A stretch of DNA of 64,000 nucleotides from an uncultured Methanosarcinales archaeon (GTDB lineage: Archaea; Nanobdellota; Nanobdellia; Woesearchaeales; CAYVYK01): the NCBI GenBank assembly GCA_964455675.1, contig CAYVYK010000001.1:76463-140462 (forward strand), written 5' to 3'. This document shows, piece by piece, positions 1 to 8,566 of the stretch (position 1 is the first letter of the stretch; each line of letters opens with the position of its first letter). A program made the translations under genes and the position numbers. The notes beneath the pieces were generated by a model. That model was given only the letters and a program-made list of their open reading frames with translations. It ran no database searches and was not told where the DNA came from.

Positions 1-207
1 AGCCCTCTTGATATTGGTGCACGGATCGATATTGAGGGCTTTGGAACCTATTGGTATCAGTATGATCGGTATAACGAACTAAAGCCGATCGCGGGTATTA
101 GTAGGTATGAGACGTATAGTCTTCATCAGAACGCGGTGTTCGAGAACGGGACGCGAACGCGCACCCATATCGAGCTTATTGCCGAGAGCAAGGTGCTTCC
201 ACGATGA
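1..207 (+). CDS. 3' end of a CDS running in from the window edge; hypothetical protein, probably part of the pilin-like operon
   Basis: Frame 1 is open from base 1 (SPLDIGARIDIEGFGTYWYQY...ESKVLPR) to TGA at 205-207, which overlaps the next ATG (ATGA coupling). Confidence 0.65.
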   Translation, partial: SPLDIGARIDIEGFGTYWYQYDRYNELKPIAGISRYETYSLHQNAVFENGTRTRTHIELIAESKVLPR

Positions 208-683
208 GACGGATTGGTAAGAGGGGGATTTTGTGGCCGATGGTGATGGCAGGTGCCTTGCTCGGCATCAGTCTTGTGCTCGTGATTAGCTATGCGTATT
301 TTGGTTTGATCGCAAAGCACGTTATCGAAAAGGCACAAAGTCCTGATATCGATGCGGAAAAGAGCTCGTTTCTTCCGCTACTCCTGCAGAAAAAAGTTGG
401 TAATGGTGTCCTTGCGGACGTTATTGCAGACGGGGAATTTGATGTGGTGAAGCGTGAGATAAATGAGTGGCTTTTCGTGAGGTTTGACAAGAATATTGAC
501 TGGAACTTATATGTTGGCGGAACAGAAGTTGCGGATAACCAGCTTGTCGGATTCATCAAGGGTAGAGAGTTTGTTGCGTATATTCCAAGCGATAAAGGTC
601 CGATAAAAGTTGAGCTTGAGGTGAGCATGGATGCGTGGGATGGTGAGGTAAAACGGCCTTTTTTTGATGGGGTGATACGGTGA
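204..683 (+). CDS. Prepilin-like protein with class III signal peptide, 159 aa
   Basis: N-terminus MRRIGKRG|ILWPMVMAGALLGISLVLVISYAYFG: basic leader, Gly, then a hydrophobic helix. Translationally coupled to both neighbours. Confidence 0.75.
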   Translation: MRRIGKRGILWPMVMAGALLGISLVLVISYAYFGLIAKHVIEKAQSPDIDAEKSSFLPLLLQKKVGNGVLADVIADGEFDVVKREINEWLFVRFDKNIDWNLYVGGTEVADNQLVGFIKGREFVAYIPSDKGPIKVELEVSMDAWDGEVKRPFFDGVIR

Positions 684-1795
684 ATCGTAAAGGCATTGTT
701 GGTTGGATGATCAGCGTGTTCTGGGTATTCCTCTTGCTCATTATCTTATACGGGGTATGGGCGATAGATCTTGCTCTCCTGAAGAAGACGAATTCAGTGA
801 CTGATGTTACAGGCACGAACGTGATTTCGTTGTACAGCGCAGATGAGGAGCGTGAGCGCGCGCTGCTGTATGTGGACCTTGCGGCAAGGAAGAGCATACC
901 GCTCGCGATTGAGGATCTTGCTTCGTCAGGCGGCCTATCACACCACCGTTGTGGCAAGATTCTGCTCAATGATAAGGAGTATGCGGTCTGGAAAAATGAT
1001 GAGAAGTCTTGTATTCCGGGAAACGGTGATCTTCGTGTTGCGTTCGGAAAATTTCTGAATGATCGTCTTAATCCTTTCCTTCAAGGGTATCCAGAGAATC
1101 CCTTGCCGACGAACAATTATGATGTCACGCTCGACGGAAGTCTATCCGTGCATGGTATTGCGCAAAAGATCGTGACGCGCAAACTGTATAATGATGCAAA
1201 AGAAGTTATCGGCCAGTATAGTTTCTATCCTTCGTTTACGATTGCGTATGAGTATGATTTGAGTGGAAAGTATGCTCTCTATAGGTCTCAGGTTGACGCG
1301 ACAGTAAAAATTTGGCGTGAGTGCATGGAGAGAGGTAGTTCCACGAGCGTTGACGCCGATGATGCAATCACGTGTCGAAACGAGGCTGGAAAAGTGCGCA
1401 AGGCTCTCGAGCAGTCATTCATGGACGCTCACCGTGACCAGTATGTGCTTGTGTTCGAGATCTCGGATGACGATTCGAAAAGTGTGACGCTGCGGTGCGC
1501 CGAGGCGCTGCGTGATGATATTCCTCCTCCCCTGGTGGAGGATATGAAGGTGGAGATGAGAGACGGCGCTCAAATCATTTCGTGGTCAAAGAATGCTGCA
1601 AGTGATGTGGATAAGTATGAAATATTCGCAAGTGAGAGCGATTTCACTACGACTGATCAAGCGTCAATTCATGGAGTGACCCGCGAGACGAGTTTGGAGC
1701 TTGGGTTAACTGGCGAATGGTATGTTGCGATCGTTGCCGTGGACGGTCATGGTAACAGAAGAAAAGATGTGAAGACAGTCCACATCGATGTCTAG
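680..1795 (+). CDS. Prepilin-like protein with C-terminal fibronectin type III-like domain, 371 aa
   Basis: MNRKG|IVGWMISVFWVFLLLIILYGVW leader. The C-terminus PPLVEDMKV...IISWSKN...DVDKYEIF...WYVAIVAVDGHGN fits the FN3 W/Y/AVD..GN pattern. Confidence 0.75.
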   Translation: MNRKGIVGWMISVFWVFLLLIILYGVWAIDLALLKKTNSVTDVTGTNVISLYSADEERERALLYVDLAARKSIPLAIEDLASSGGLSHHRCGKILLNDKEYAVWKNDEKSCIPGNGDLRVAFGKFLNDRLNPFLQGYPENPLPTNNYDVTLDGSLSVHGIAQKIVTRKLYNDAKEVIGQYSFYPSFTIAYEYDLSGKYALYRSQVDATVKIWRECMERGSSTSVDADDAITCRNEAGKVRKALEQSFMDAHRDQYVLVFEISDDDSKSVTLRCAEALRDDIPPPLVEDMKVEMRDGAQIISWSKNAASDVDKYEIFASESDFTTTDQASIHGVTRETSLELGLTGEWYVAIVAVDGHGNRRKDVKTVHIDV

Positions 1796-1822
1796 CAGGA
1801 ATTATTTTGGAATTTCTTAAGC

Positions 1823-2509
1823 CTAACCAAAGTGGATGACAAGTTTGTCCAGGAGAGCATTGCTAAACCATTCTGCCCGGGTGATATTTCCGACGAGTAC
1901 CCCTCCCTTCTGCTGCCATACTCCCCCGTCCGCTGGAGGTATAAATCTATCTGTTTGGTCTTCAATTTTGAAGTAGAAGATGCCGTCCTTGAGAGGAATG
2001 AATCGTGCGGTAAGTTCCTGCTCATAATTGGGTCCCCATACGATCTGGGTTTCTGGCATTGCGGTGACCCATTCCTGATCAACGAAGATGTAGATCCATG
2101 GTGTTTCTCCTTCGAATTTTTCCATGATGAATATTTCCATGATGCCGTTCGTTGGATCCATGTTGGGACCGATTTCAACGATTGCCACTCCTTCATCCAC
2201 AGCGTAGGTGCCAAAGAATATTCCTTTGTAAAGTCCGTAGCTCTGGAATGCGGTGAATACTCTTCCATCATGGTAACTGATGATGCCCCGTTCGTTATCA
2301 TACGTCGCGCGCTGGCCGCTTGCTGCAGGGACGTCCACTCGGGAGTATGTTGGTTCCTCAACAATCCAGTTCTTGGGGTTTGAAAAGTATGAGGGATCAT
2401 TGCGCTCGTGGGTAATGATCAGTCGTATTCCCCATCCTAGGAGGAAGATGATAATCCCTACGATGATGACATACTTAGCGATGTTGACAAGTTTTTGTTC
2501 AAGGTTCAT
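1823..2509 (-). CDS. Membrane-anchored hypothetical protein, 228 aa, last gene of the minus-strand pilin operon
   Basis: Single N-terminal hydrophobic helix (YVIIVGIIIFLLGWGIRLII) followed by a beta-rich domain; starts 4 nt after the stop of the 1000-aa gene. Confidence 0.75.
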   Translation of the reverse strand: MNLEQKLVNIAKYVIIVGIIIFLLGWGIRLIITHERNDPSYFSNPKNWIVEEPTYSRVDVPAASGQRATYDNERGIISYHDGRVFTAFQSYGLYKGIFFGTYAVDEGVAIVEIGPNMDPTNGIMEIFIMEKFEGETPWIYIFVDQEWVTAMPETQIVWGPNYEQELTARFIPLKDGIFYFKIEDQTDRFIPPADGGVWQQKGGVLVGNITRAEWFSNALLDKLVIHFG

Positions 2510-2513
2510 GGAA

Positions 2514-5500
2514 TCATCCGTTCAATTTGTTCGCATTTGAGATTTGTTCGACTGGATCCGAAACGTCGGTGTTTGGCCACTTCTGCCAGAATTCCGTGAT
2601 GGCCCCGCGGATCCCTGCATCCGCGGCAGCGACGGGTACAAGCGTGGGGAGAAGTGCCGCTCCGATCGGTGCTGTGATTGGTATGACTGTTAGGACAGGA
2701 ACCGTGATAGAATATGCGATCTGCAGTCCCGAGAGCGCGCTTTGCACATTTTCACTTGCGGGGAATCGGCCGTAGCAGTAGTTGATTTCTCCCTCAGCGA
2801 GTACGTACGGTTTTGGTTTGATGAGGAGGCATTCCGTGCTGTATTCTTCCCAGTCGCTTGGGCTTCCGGTCACAAGGCTGCTCCAGTAGTGCTGGACTCC
2901 TTCCCATGTGCTTCGATCAACACATTCTTTTACAGCCATGCTGTAATCCACGTTCTGTGCGATCAGTTGATCACTCTTCATGCTGTTCGTGAGCTTGTTT
3001 TCCGAGGGCCGTGAATGAAGCATTGCGCTGACCTTTCGCGCGTCTTCTTCGCTGATATCCGGATTCTTGAAGGCGAGCGTTGTGGGCATGACGTCAATGA
3101 AACCTCCACCAAAATTGAAGTGCAGATTTTCCTTTTGCGTGAAGCATTTGCACATCGCTTTTTCGACCTTAAGGTCGGTCCTGCAGGGGCTCACGAGATA
3201 GAACCGTTTTGTTGGAACGTCGTCGTCATTGTACCGCTCATGCAGCGCGATATAGAATTTTTCCGCGGCAGGTGAGAGCGGGTAGTCTCTGCTTGTGCCT
3301 AGGGCCATGGGTGTGCTCACGGAAAGGGTATTCATTCCTGATGGCGTGAAGTGGCTGTACATATCATCGAGTTTTTGGCTGACTACTCCGGCCATGAGGA
3401 GGAATGTCCATCGCTTTCCATACATCCACTGGAATGCGTGCGCTCCCTGCGCGAGAGGATTAAGAGTTGAAGGGGAGAGTTTGAGCATGATGGGCAGTAC
3501 CGGTCCATCGATCCATCCCCCGGTGGGAACAGGCATCCTGCTCACGGTATGCGCCCCCCATTCGGAGAAGAGCTTTGCCATGGACTCGTGCGGCACTCCG
3601 GAAAGCGCTGCTTCCGCAGCTGTTTCATCAATGACCCATGCGCGCTTGAATATTCCTTCCTTCGTAAAGAGGCTTGATGCGCGCTGTTCGTACGCTTTCA
3701 TCGCTGCGGTCTGATAACTTTTCGGGAGCTGTGAGAGTCCTTTCGTTGCCTGTTCGAACGCTTCTTTTGTCATCTCATCGACTGCTTCTTTGGAGAGTTT
3801 CTCTCCTGATTCATCAAGCATTCTGTTGAGGAGGTTGTAATAGGATAGTTCTACTGCCGCTTCCTTGAGGACCGCTCGAGATAGCGGTTTAGTCATTCCA
3901 TCCGCTGCTTCTTTGATGATTGTTTTAGAGAGCGCTTCGACCTCTTCTGCCGTCATTTTTTGCACTCCTTCCTCCCCATACTCTTTGAGGATGAGTGGCA
4001 CGACTGATTCGAAGTGTTGCGCCGCTGCTGTTTCGATTTCAGAGATCGTGACTTTCGTTGTTCCTCGTTGTGCGGCTCTGACGGCGTCCTCCATCGCCAT
4101 GACAAGCGCGGTGTCAAGCTCGCTTGCGGCTGCACTTCCAATTTTTCCGCCGTAGAGTGACGCAATCCGAGCTTGGGTTGCGGACAGTTTGATGAATGCT
4201 TCAGTTCCCTCTTTTGTGTATGTTGTGCTGAGTTCTTTGAAGACCGTTTCCGTGGCGCCCTCCATGAGGTTCTTGCTGATTTGCTTGCCTGCTCCTGGCG
4301 CGAACTTGAGGCCTATGAATTCTATGCTCGCCGCAACGACCATGTCTCGCCCGATATTCCAGAGTGAGTCGGTGACATCAAACGTCCAGTGGGCTTCAGG
4401 CCCTTTGGGAAACTGTTCGTAGTATACGAGATACTGGGGTTTCCCAAATGAGGTGATAAAGGCGCTGTCTGCCGTCTGTTGTGGCATCCCAAATCCGCAC
4501 ACCATGCATGAGTAGTCTGTTTTGTCGCACGCAACTTGGATTCCTTCGCGTATAGTGACGCCGCCCATGCATCCGCCTGCAGGTAACGTGTAATAGTCTC
4601 CCGCGAACGGATTGATGGTGTCAAGTGTGTCTCCTACGCCCGTCCAGAACCCGTCCCGATTCACACTTCCTTCTCCCGCCGCGTCCTTTGCTGTCGGCTG
4701 GAGGAGGAATCTCGCCCATGCTGTGCTGTGGCCGTCTTGGTAATAAATTGGAATTCCTCGCCCGCTTGCTTCTTCCGTAATGTGTCCTTGTTTTCCGCAA
4801 TAGTAGACTTTGAGGTATGGACATTCAAGAACTGATGGGCTGCTCTGGCATTTAAGGGGATTTGCGGGATCATACGTTGCAAGGTCGCTTCCGTCGAATT
4901 TGTCTCCATTTGTCGTCTGCTTGTCACATGCTGGTGTTCCGTCTGTATATTCGACATGGATGCCAAAATTGTACATCGTTTCAAATCCATCAACGCGTTT
5001 CTCTTCATAATACTGGGGATGCGACGTAAGGACATCTTTATCATAGATGTATATGTAGGGATTGAGGTTGGAAAACATATCCTCACCGGAGAACGTGCGC
5101 TGCACGTACATGTCCGTGTTGAAGAATTCACTGACGAAATCGATGTCCGCCCAGTATTCGACGCGGACCCATCCGATTTTTTTCTGAGTATCAGTGAATG
5201 GATTATCTTCTGGTGTTTGTGTTACAACAGATACGTCTTGCCCTGATGATACGCTGTTGATCGCCATGACAAGCGCCTTCATGGAATCATCAACGATTTT
5301 CTCTTCCAATGAGAGCTGGGTTTCATATGGCGTGAATCCGCTCCCATTTGTTATTCGCCCGATTTGTCTCCCGGGGCTTTCCTTGCCAAAGAATCCAGCA
5401 TAACCGACATCAGTGATGATGCGTACGCCCCAGTTGACAAGCACGATAATGACAAGGAGCCCGAGAAGTATCGTGAGTATTCCTGAAAATGTGAATCCGA

Positions 5501-5516
5501 TTTCTCCTCGTCGCAT
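2514..5516 (-). CDS. Giant prepilin-like protein, 1000 aa, with a central Ala/Glu/Lys-rich helical region and a hydrophobic C-terminal segment
   Basis: MRRG|EIGFTFSGILTILLGLLVIIVLVNWG leader; Cys-containing domains flank a Cys-free helical block of about 280 aa; C-terminal IAYSITVPVLTVIPITAPIGAALLPTLVPVAAA. Confidence 0.8.
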   Translation of the reverse strand: MRRGEIGFTFSGILTILLGLLVIIVLVNWGVRIITDVGYAGFFGKESPGRQIGRITNGSGFTPYETQLSLEEKIVDDSMKALVMAINSVSSGQDVSVVTQTPEDNPFTDTQKKIGWVRVEYWADIDFVSEFFNTDMYVQRTFSGEDMFSNLNPYIYIYDKDVLTSHPQYYEEKRVDGFETMYNFGIHVEYTDGTPACDKQTTNGDKFDGSDLATYDPANPLKCQSSPSVLECPYLKVYYCGKQGHITEEASGRGIPIYYQDGHSTAWARFLLQPTAKDAAGEGSVNRDGFWTGVGDTLDTINPFAGDYYTLPAGGCMGGVTIREGIQVACDKTDYSCMVCGFGMPQQTADSAFITSFGKPQYLVYYEQFPKGPEAHWTFDVTDSLWNIGRDMVVAASIEFIGLKFAPGAGKQISKNLMEGATETVFKELSTTYTKEGTEAFIKLSATQARIASLYGGKIGSAAASELDTALVMAMEDAVRAAQRGTTKVTISEIETAAAQHFESVVPLILKEYGEEGVQKMTAEEVEALSKTIIKEAADGMTKPLSRAVLKEAAVELSYYNLLNRMLDESGEKLSKEAVDEMTKEAFEQATKGLSQLPKSYQTAAMKAYEQRASSLFTKEGIFKRAWVIDETAAEAALSGVPHESMAKLFSEWGAHTVSRMPVPTGGWIDGPVLPIMLKLSPSTLNPLAQGAHAFQWMYGKRWTFLLMAGVVSQKLDDMYSHFTPSGMNTLSVSTPMALGTSRDYPLSPAAEKFYIALHERYNDDDVPTKRFYLVSPCRTDLKVEKAMCKCFTQKENLHFNFGGGFIDVMPTTLAFKNPDISEEDARKVSAMLHSRPSENKLTNSMKSDQLIAQNVDYSMAVKECVDRSTWEGVQHYWSSLVTGSPSDWEEYSTECLLIKPKPYVLAEGEINYCYGRFPASENVQSALSGLQIAYSITVPVLTVIPITAPIGAALLPTLVPVAAADAGIRGAITEFWQKWPNTDVSDPVEQISNANKLNG

Positions 5517-5678
5517 TTATCCACCAAATATCTGCCGTAAAAATCCGATTTTTTCAAGGAACACGACGCGTGTTTTTCCAATGACTAAAAGGATGACAAC
5601 GATGACGACAAGTACGAGGACGAGGGCTACGACATAGTTCCATCCAACCATTCCTTTTAGCTTATGACGAAGTTGCAT
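5517..5678 (-). CDS. Mini prepilin, 53 aa (absent from the ORF track)
   Basis: Manual translation: MQLRHKLKG|MVGWNYVVALVLVLVVIVVILLVIGKTRVVFLEKIGFLRQIFGG*. Its stop abuts the ATG of the 1000-aa gene (TAAATG). Confidence 0.75.
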   Translation of the reverse strand: MQLRHKLKGMVGWNYVVALVLVLVVIVVILLVIGKTRVVFLEKIGFLRQIFGG

Positions 5679-6682
5679 CGCGCACTCACCTCTCGATAGG
5701 GTATCACGTGGATTCTGTCGACTTTCTTGGGAAGTCCATCACGCGCTAGACTATATATTTGTATCCCGCTCCACACAACAAAGTCATCAATGATCTCTGT
5801 TGGCTGCTCGATGATGTTGAATACATTCACGTCCCAGAGTGGTATGCGTGTGTAGATGACTGCTTGCGGCTCCGACATCTGGTAGGAGTATTTTGGCTCG
5901 AAGAATCCTAGCTGTGGTGTGACATATTCGTAGTAGCTGGCGATGCGGTTGCTTCCGGCAAGGACGTCTTCTGGAAGTGGAGAATTTCGCATCCATTCGT
6001 CAAGTGAGATGATGTCTCTGCTCCCGAACATCTGCTGGAGATCATTGTCAAACTTGATCTGATCACAGATGATACAAAGGACTGGTGGTTTTTTGATGTT
6101 CATAAACCATGTTTCCCATGCTTCTTGTTCGTTGCCCCACACCGGTTTTGGTTTCGCGTCCTCGCCATAACCAAAGATGTGCCAGTCGATGACATCGTAC
6201 CAGTTATCGAAGAGCTGTACGTTTCCTTGATCGACCTTGTCCCAGCAGTATCGCATCCGCTCCGCAACAATTTTGTCTGCTGCCCATTCGTAGAGGATGG
6301 GCTCGTCAGGGAGATAGGTGTCTTTGTATGACCCTCGGAAGTATGGCGCACTTTCCCCGAACCGATTATCGTCCCACCAAAGCTTCATTCCGCGCTCTGC
6401 TTCCTGTACTGGTGTGTAGAGCTTGTCCGCTCTTCGTCGTGTGAGATTTTCCTTGGTGATTGTGTGAATTTGCATTCTGCAACTTTGAGGTATGCTACGT
6501 TCGCCCGTGATTCTCGAGAACGTGGTGAGGAATAGTTCCCACTTGCATGCTCCAGCGCCGGCAGTATCTTCAAAGAGCAGCTTGAGTGCAGGGAACATGA
6601 TCGCGATGAAGAATGCGAGGATGACAAGCGAGAGGATTGCCTTCCCTATCTCTGATGTAGTGATTTCACCTCTCTTCTTCAT
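5657..6682 (-). CDS. Prepilin-like protein, 341 aa
   Basis: MKKRG|EITTSEIGKAILSLVILAFFIAIMFPALK leader; Cys pairs including CIICDQIKFD. Confidence 0.8.
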   Translation of the reverse strand: MKKRGEITTSEIGKAILSLVILAFFIAIMFPALKLLFEDTAGAGACKWELFLTTFSRITGERSIPQSCRMQIHTITKENLTRRRADKLYTPVQEAERGMKLWWDDNRFGESAPYFRGSYKDTYLPDEPILYEWAADKIVAERMRYCWDKVDQGNVQLFDNWYDVIDWHIFGYGEDAKPKPVWGNEQEAWETWFMNIKKPPVLCIICDQIKFDNDLQQMFGSRDIISLDEWMRNSPLPEDVLAGSNRIASYYEYVTPQLGFFEPKYSYQMSEPQAVIYTRIPLWDVNVFNIIEQPTEIIDDFVVWSGIQIYSLARDGLPKKVDRIHVIPYREVSARCNFVIS

Positions 6683-6685
6683 GTG

Positions 6686-6808
6686 CTACCCCATGAATCC
6701 TATACGCTTTGCCGCCGTGTAAACGGCCCACAGGAGGAACGCAAAGAGGACGACGATGACAATGATTTTTACCACGGTTCCCCAGAGCATGCCGCGTTTC
6801 GTCTGCAT
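6686..6808 (-). CDS. Mini prepilin, 40 aa (true start inside ORF-track entry 6686..6907)
   Basis: MQTKRG|MLWGTVVKIIVIVVLFAFLLWAVYTAAKRIGFMG*, preceded by GAGG and a TTATATA box; first gene of the operon. Confidence 0.75.
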   Translation of the reverse strand: MQTKRGMLWGTVVKIIVIVVLFAFLLWAVYTAAKRIGFMG

Positions 6809-6828
6809 CTTCCTAACCTCGTTACTGG

Positions 6829-6843
6829 CGTATATAAGTTTTA
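6829..6843 (-). promoter_or_regulatory. Archaeal TATA box of the minus-strand pilin operon (6808 to 1823)
   Basis: The minus strand reads AAAACTTATATAC about 25 nt upstream of the ATG at 6808. Confidence 0.55.
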
Positions 6844-6903
6844 TTGTGGGAGTCATTGATATTTTCGGTAAAGAACCTAGTGGAGATGATGTTGTGGTAA
6901 TGA

Positions 6904-7818
6904 TCATCGTAACTTCTTTTTAGGTGTACTTTTCTTTTTGAGAAAAAGGAAAAGCAGGAATGGAATGTACACTCGTAGCTCGCTTGCCTGCGCCGTAAAG
7001 AAATAGACCAGAAGAAACCCGAGAAACGCAATATACGATGCTTGGACAAAACTACGCATGGGTGGGAATATGAGGGCATACGCGAGAATGAGCACTCCAA
7101 CCATAATAAGGAGCCATGCATTTCCTCCTAGCGACATATTGATTGGCCTTGTGAATGCGTCAGTGCTGAACCCATAGAGAAGGCGCAACGCAATAAAAAT
7201 GACTGCATAGATAATGCTCATCCATAACCATACTCTTTTCTTGGCTTCCTTCCACCAGATCATGACAGGAATAAAGAAGAGGAATGATTCTTTGCATAGA
7301 CAACAGATCCCATAGAGTGTGATTGCCCACCATGTCTCCCCTTTGAAAATCAAGTTCCAGAACGCAACGGACAGCAAGAGTACTACCGCATCGATCCATG
7401 TCCAGTACTGCCCGAATCTGGCGAAAAACAAGCTTGCAAATATGGCAAGGATGACACTCCACTCAGTGAACCATTCTCGAAAAGACAAGTAGAACCAGAC
7501 TAATGCGAAGATGCTTAGCACGAGTGTGCATACCGTGCTCAGATACCAAAAGGTAAGTGCACCTCCGGCAGGATCTACCCACCCTTGTACTGTTTGTGAA
7601 CTGAAGAACCAGAGATAGTACAATGGAACATAGGCAACATAGCGGTACTGGTAAGGTGGTGTTGATGCGTGATTGATGATCGCTTCGGTAGATTTCAGCT
7701 GTTCAAAGATGGATTCTGACTTCCACACATACCCCATTTTGTGAGTTGGGTAAAACGCTATTAATCCTACTCCGATGATTAAAAGGACGATTAAGAGCTG
7801 TCTTGATGGACCATCCAT
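6904..7818 (-). CDS. Polytopic membrane protein, probable GT-C fold glycosyltransferase, 304 aa
   Basis: About 9 hydrophobic segments, a long first loop, and a CKESFLFFIP K-E motif at a helix end as seen in GT-C (PMT/ArnT-like) enzymes. Confidence 0.5.
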   Translation of the reverse strand: MDGPSRQLLIVLLIIGVGLIAFYPTHKMGYVWKSESIFEQLKSTEAIINHASTPPYQYRYVAYVPLYYLWFFSSQTVQGWVDPAGGALTFWYLSTVCTLVLSIFALVWFYLSFREWFTEWSVILAIFASLFFARFGQYWTWIDAVVLLLSVAFWNLIFKGETWWAITLYGICCLCKESFLFFIPVMIWWKEAKKRVWLWMSIIYAVIFIALRLLYGFSTDAFTRPINMSLGGNAWLLIMVGVLILAYALIFPPMRSFVQASYIAFLGFLLVYFFTAQASELRVYIPFLLFLFLKKKSTPKKKLR

Positions 7819-8060
7819 ACAATCGATCTCATGTTGCTTACTGAAAGATGATAGGATTGCATAATATTAACTATAATAAAGTAATGGTTATAGTTGTCCG
7901 CGAGCCTCTCGAGCCAAATTCCCATCCAAAGAGTATTCACCTGATGCTCACAGTAATACCAGAATCTGTACCAGAACCCCGCCCCAACGCAACCTTTATA
8001 TATTAGAATACGGAATAATGTACCACTATACATTTAGGTATAAATCGGAGAGGTGTCGCA

Positions 8061-8309
8061 ATGAAGAAAGCGCAGGGTATCTCTATTAATGTGATTATCA
8101 TTGCTGCGATTGCAATTCTTGTACTCGTGATCTTGGCAGTGATTTTCCTAGGCTACGTAAAGAACTGGACTGGTGACGTAAGCGCTTGTGAGAACAAGGG
8201 CGGTCAATGCTTCAGTGAAGGAACATGCCCGGAAGGCTGGGCTCCATTGAGCAACAAGTGTGATACAGAAGGAGCGGTCTGCTGTTCTGACACGGGTCTA
8301 GGGCAGTAG
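8061..8309 (+). CDS. Small prepilin with a 6-Cys C-terminal head, 82 aa
   Basis: MKKA|QGISINVIIIAAIAILVLVILAVIF leader; head CENKGGQC...C...C...CC; RBS GAGGTG upstream. Confidence 0.85.
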   Translation: MKKAQGISINVIIIAAIAILVLVILAVIFLGYVKNWTGDVSACENKGGQCFSEGTCPEGWAPLSNKCDTEGAVCCSDTGLGQ

Positions 8310-8317
8310 GTGTGCGC

Positions 8318-8566
8318 ATGGCAAAGGGAGAGAATCTCTCTTTGAGTACGATCGTGATAGCAGCGATTGTCGTGATCGTCCTCATCGTATTGGTCATTAT
8401 TTTTTCAGCGCGCATTGGGTTATTTGGTAAAGGTATTGAGGACTGCAAATCAAAAGGTGGCGTCGTAAAGAGCCCAAATGATGATACTCCGGGTCTTGCA
8501 TGCTATCCTATTCAGTACGATAAAACCACAGGACAGCCGACGAACTACTGCTGTCTGACCCCGTGA
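8318..8566 (+). CDS. Small prepilin with a 4-Cys head, paralog of 8061..8309, 82 aa
   Basis: MAKG|ENLSLSTIVIAAIVVIVLIVLVIIFS leader; CKSKGG...C...CC head; AGGTG upstream of the ATG at 8318. Confidence 0.8.
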   Translation: MAKGENLSLSTIVIAAIVVIVLIVLVIIFSARIGLFGKGIEDCKSKGGVVKSPNDDTPGLACYPIQYDKTTGQPTNYCCLTP

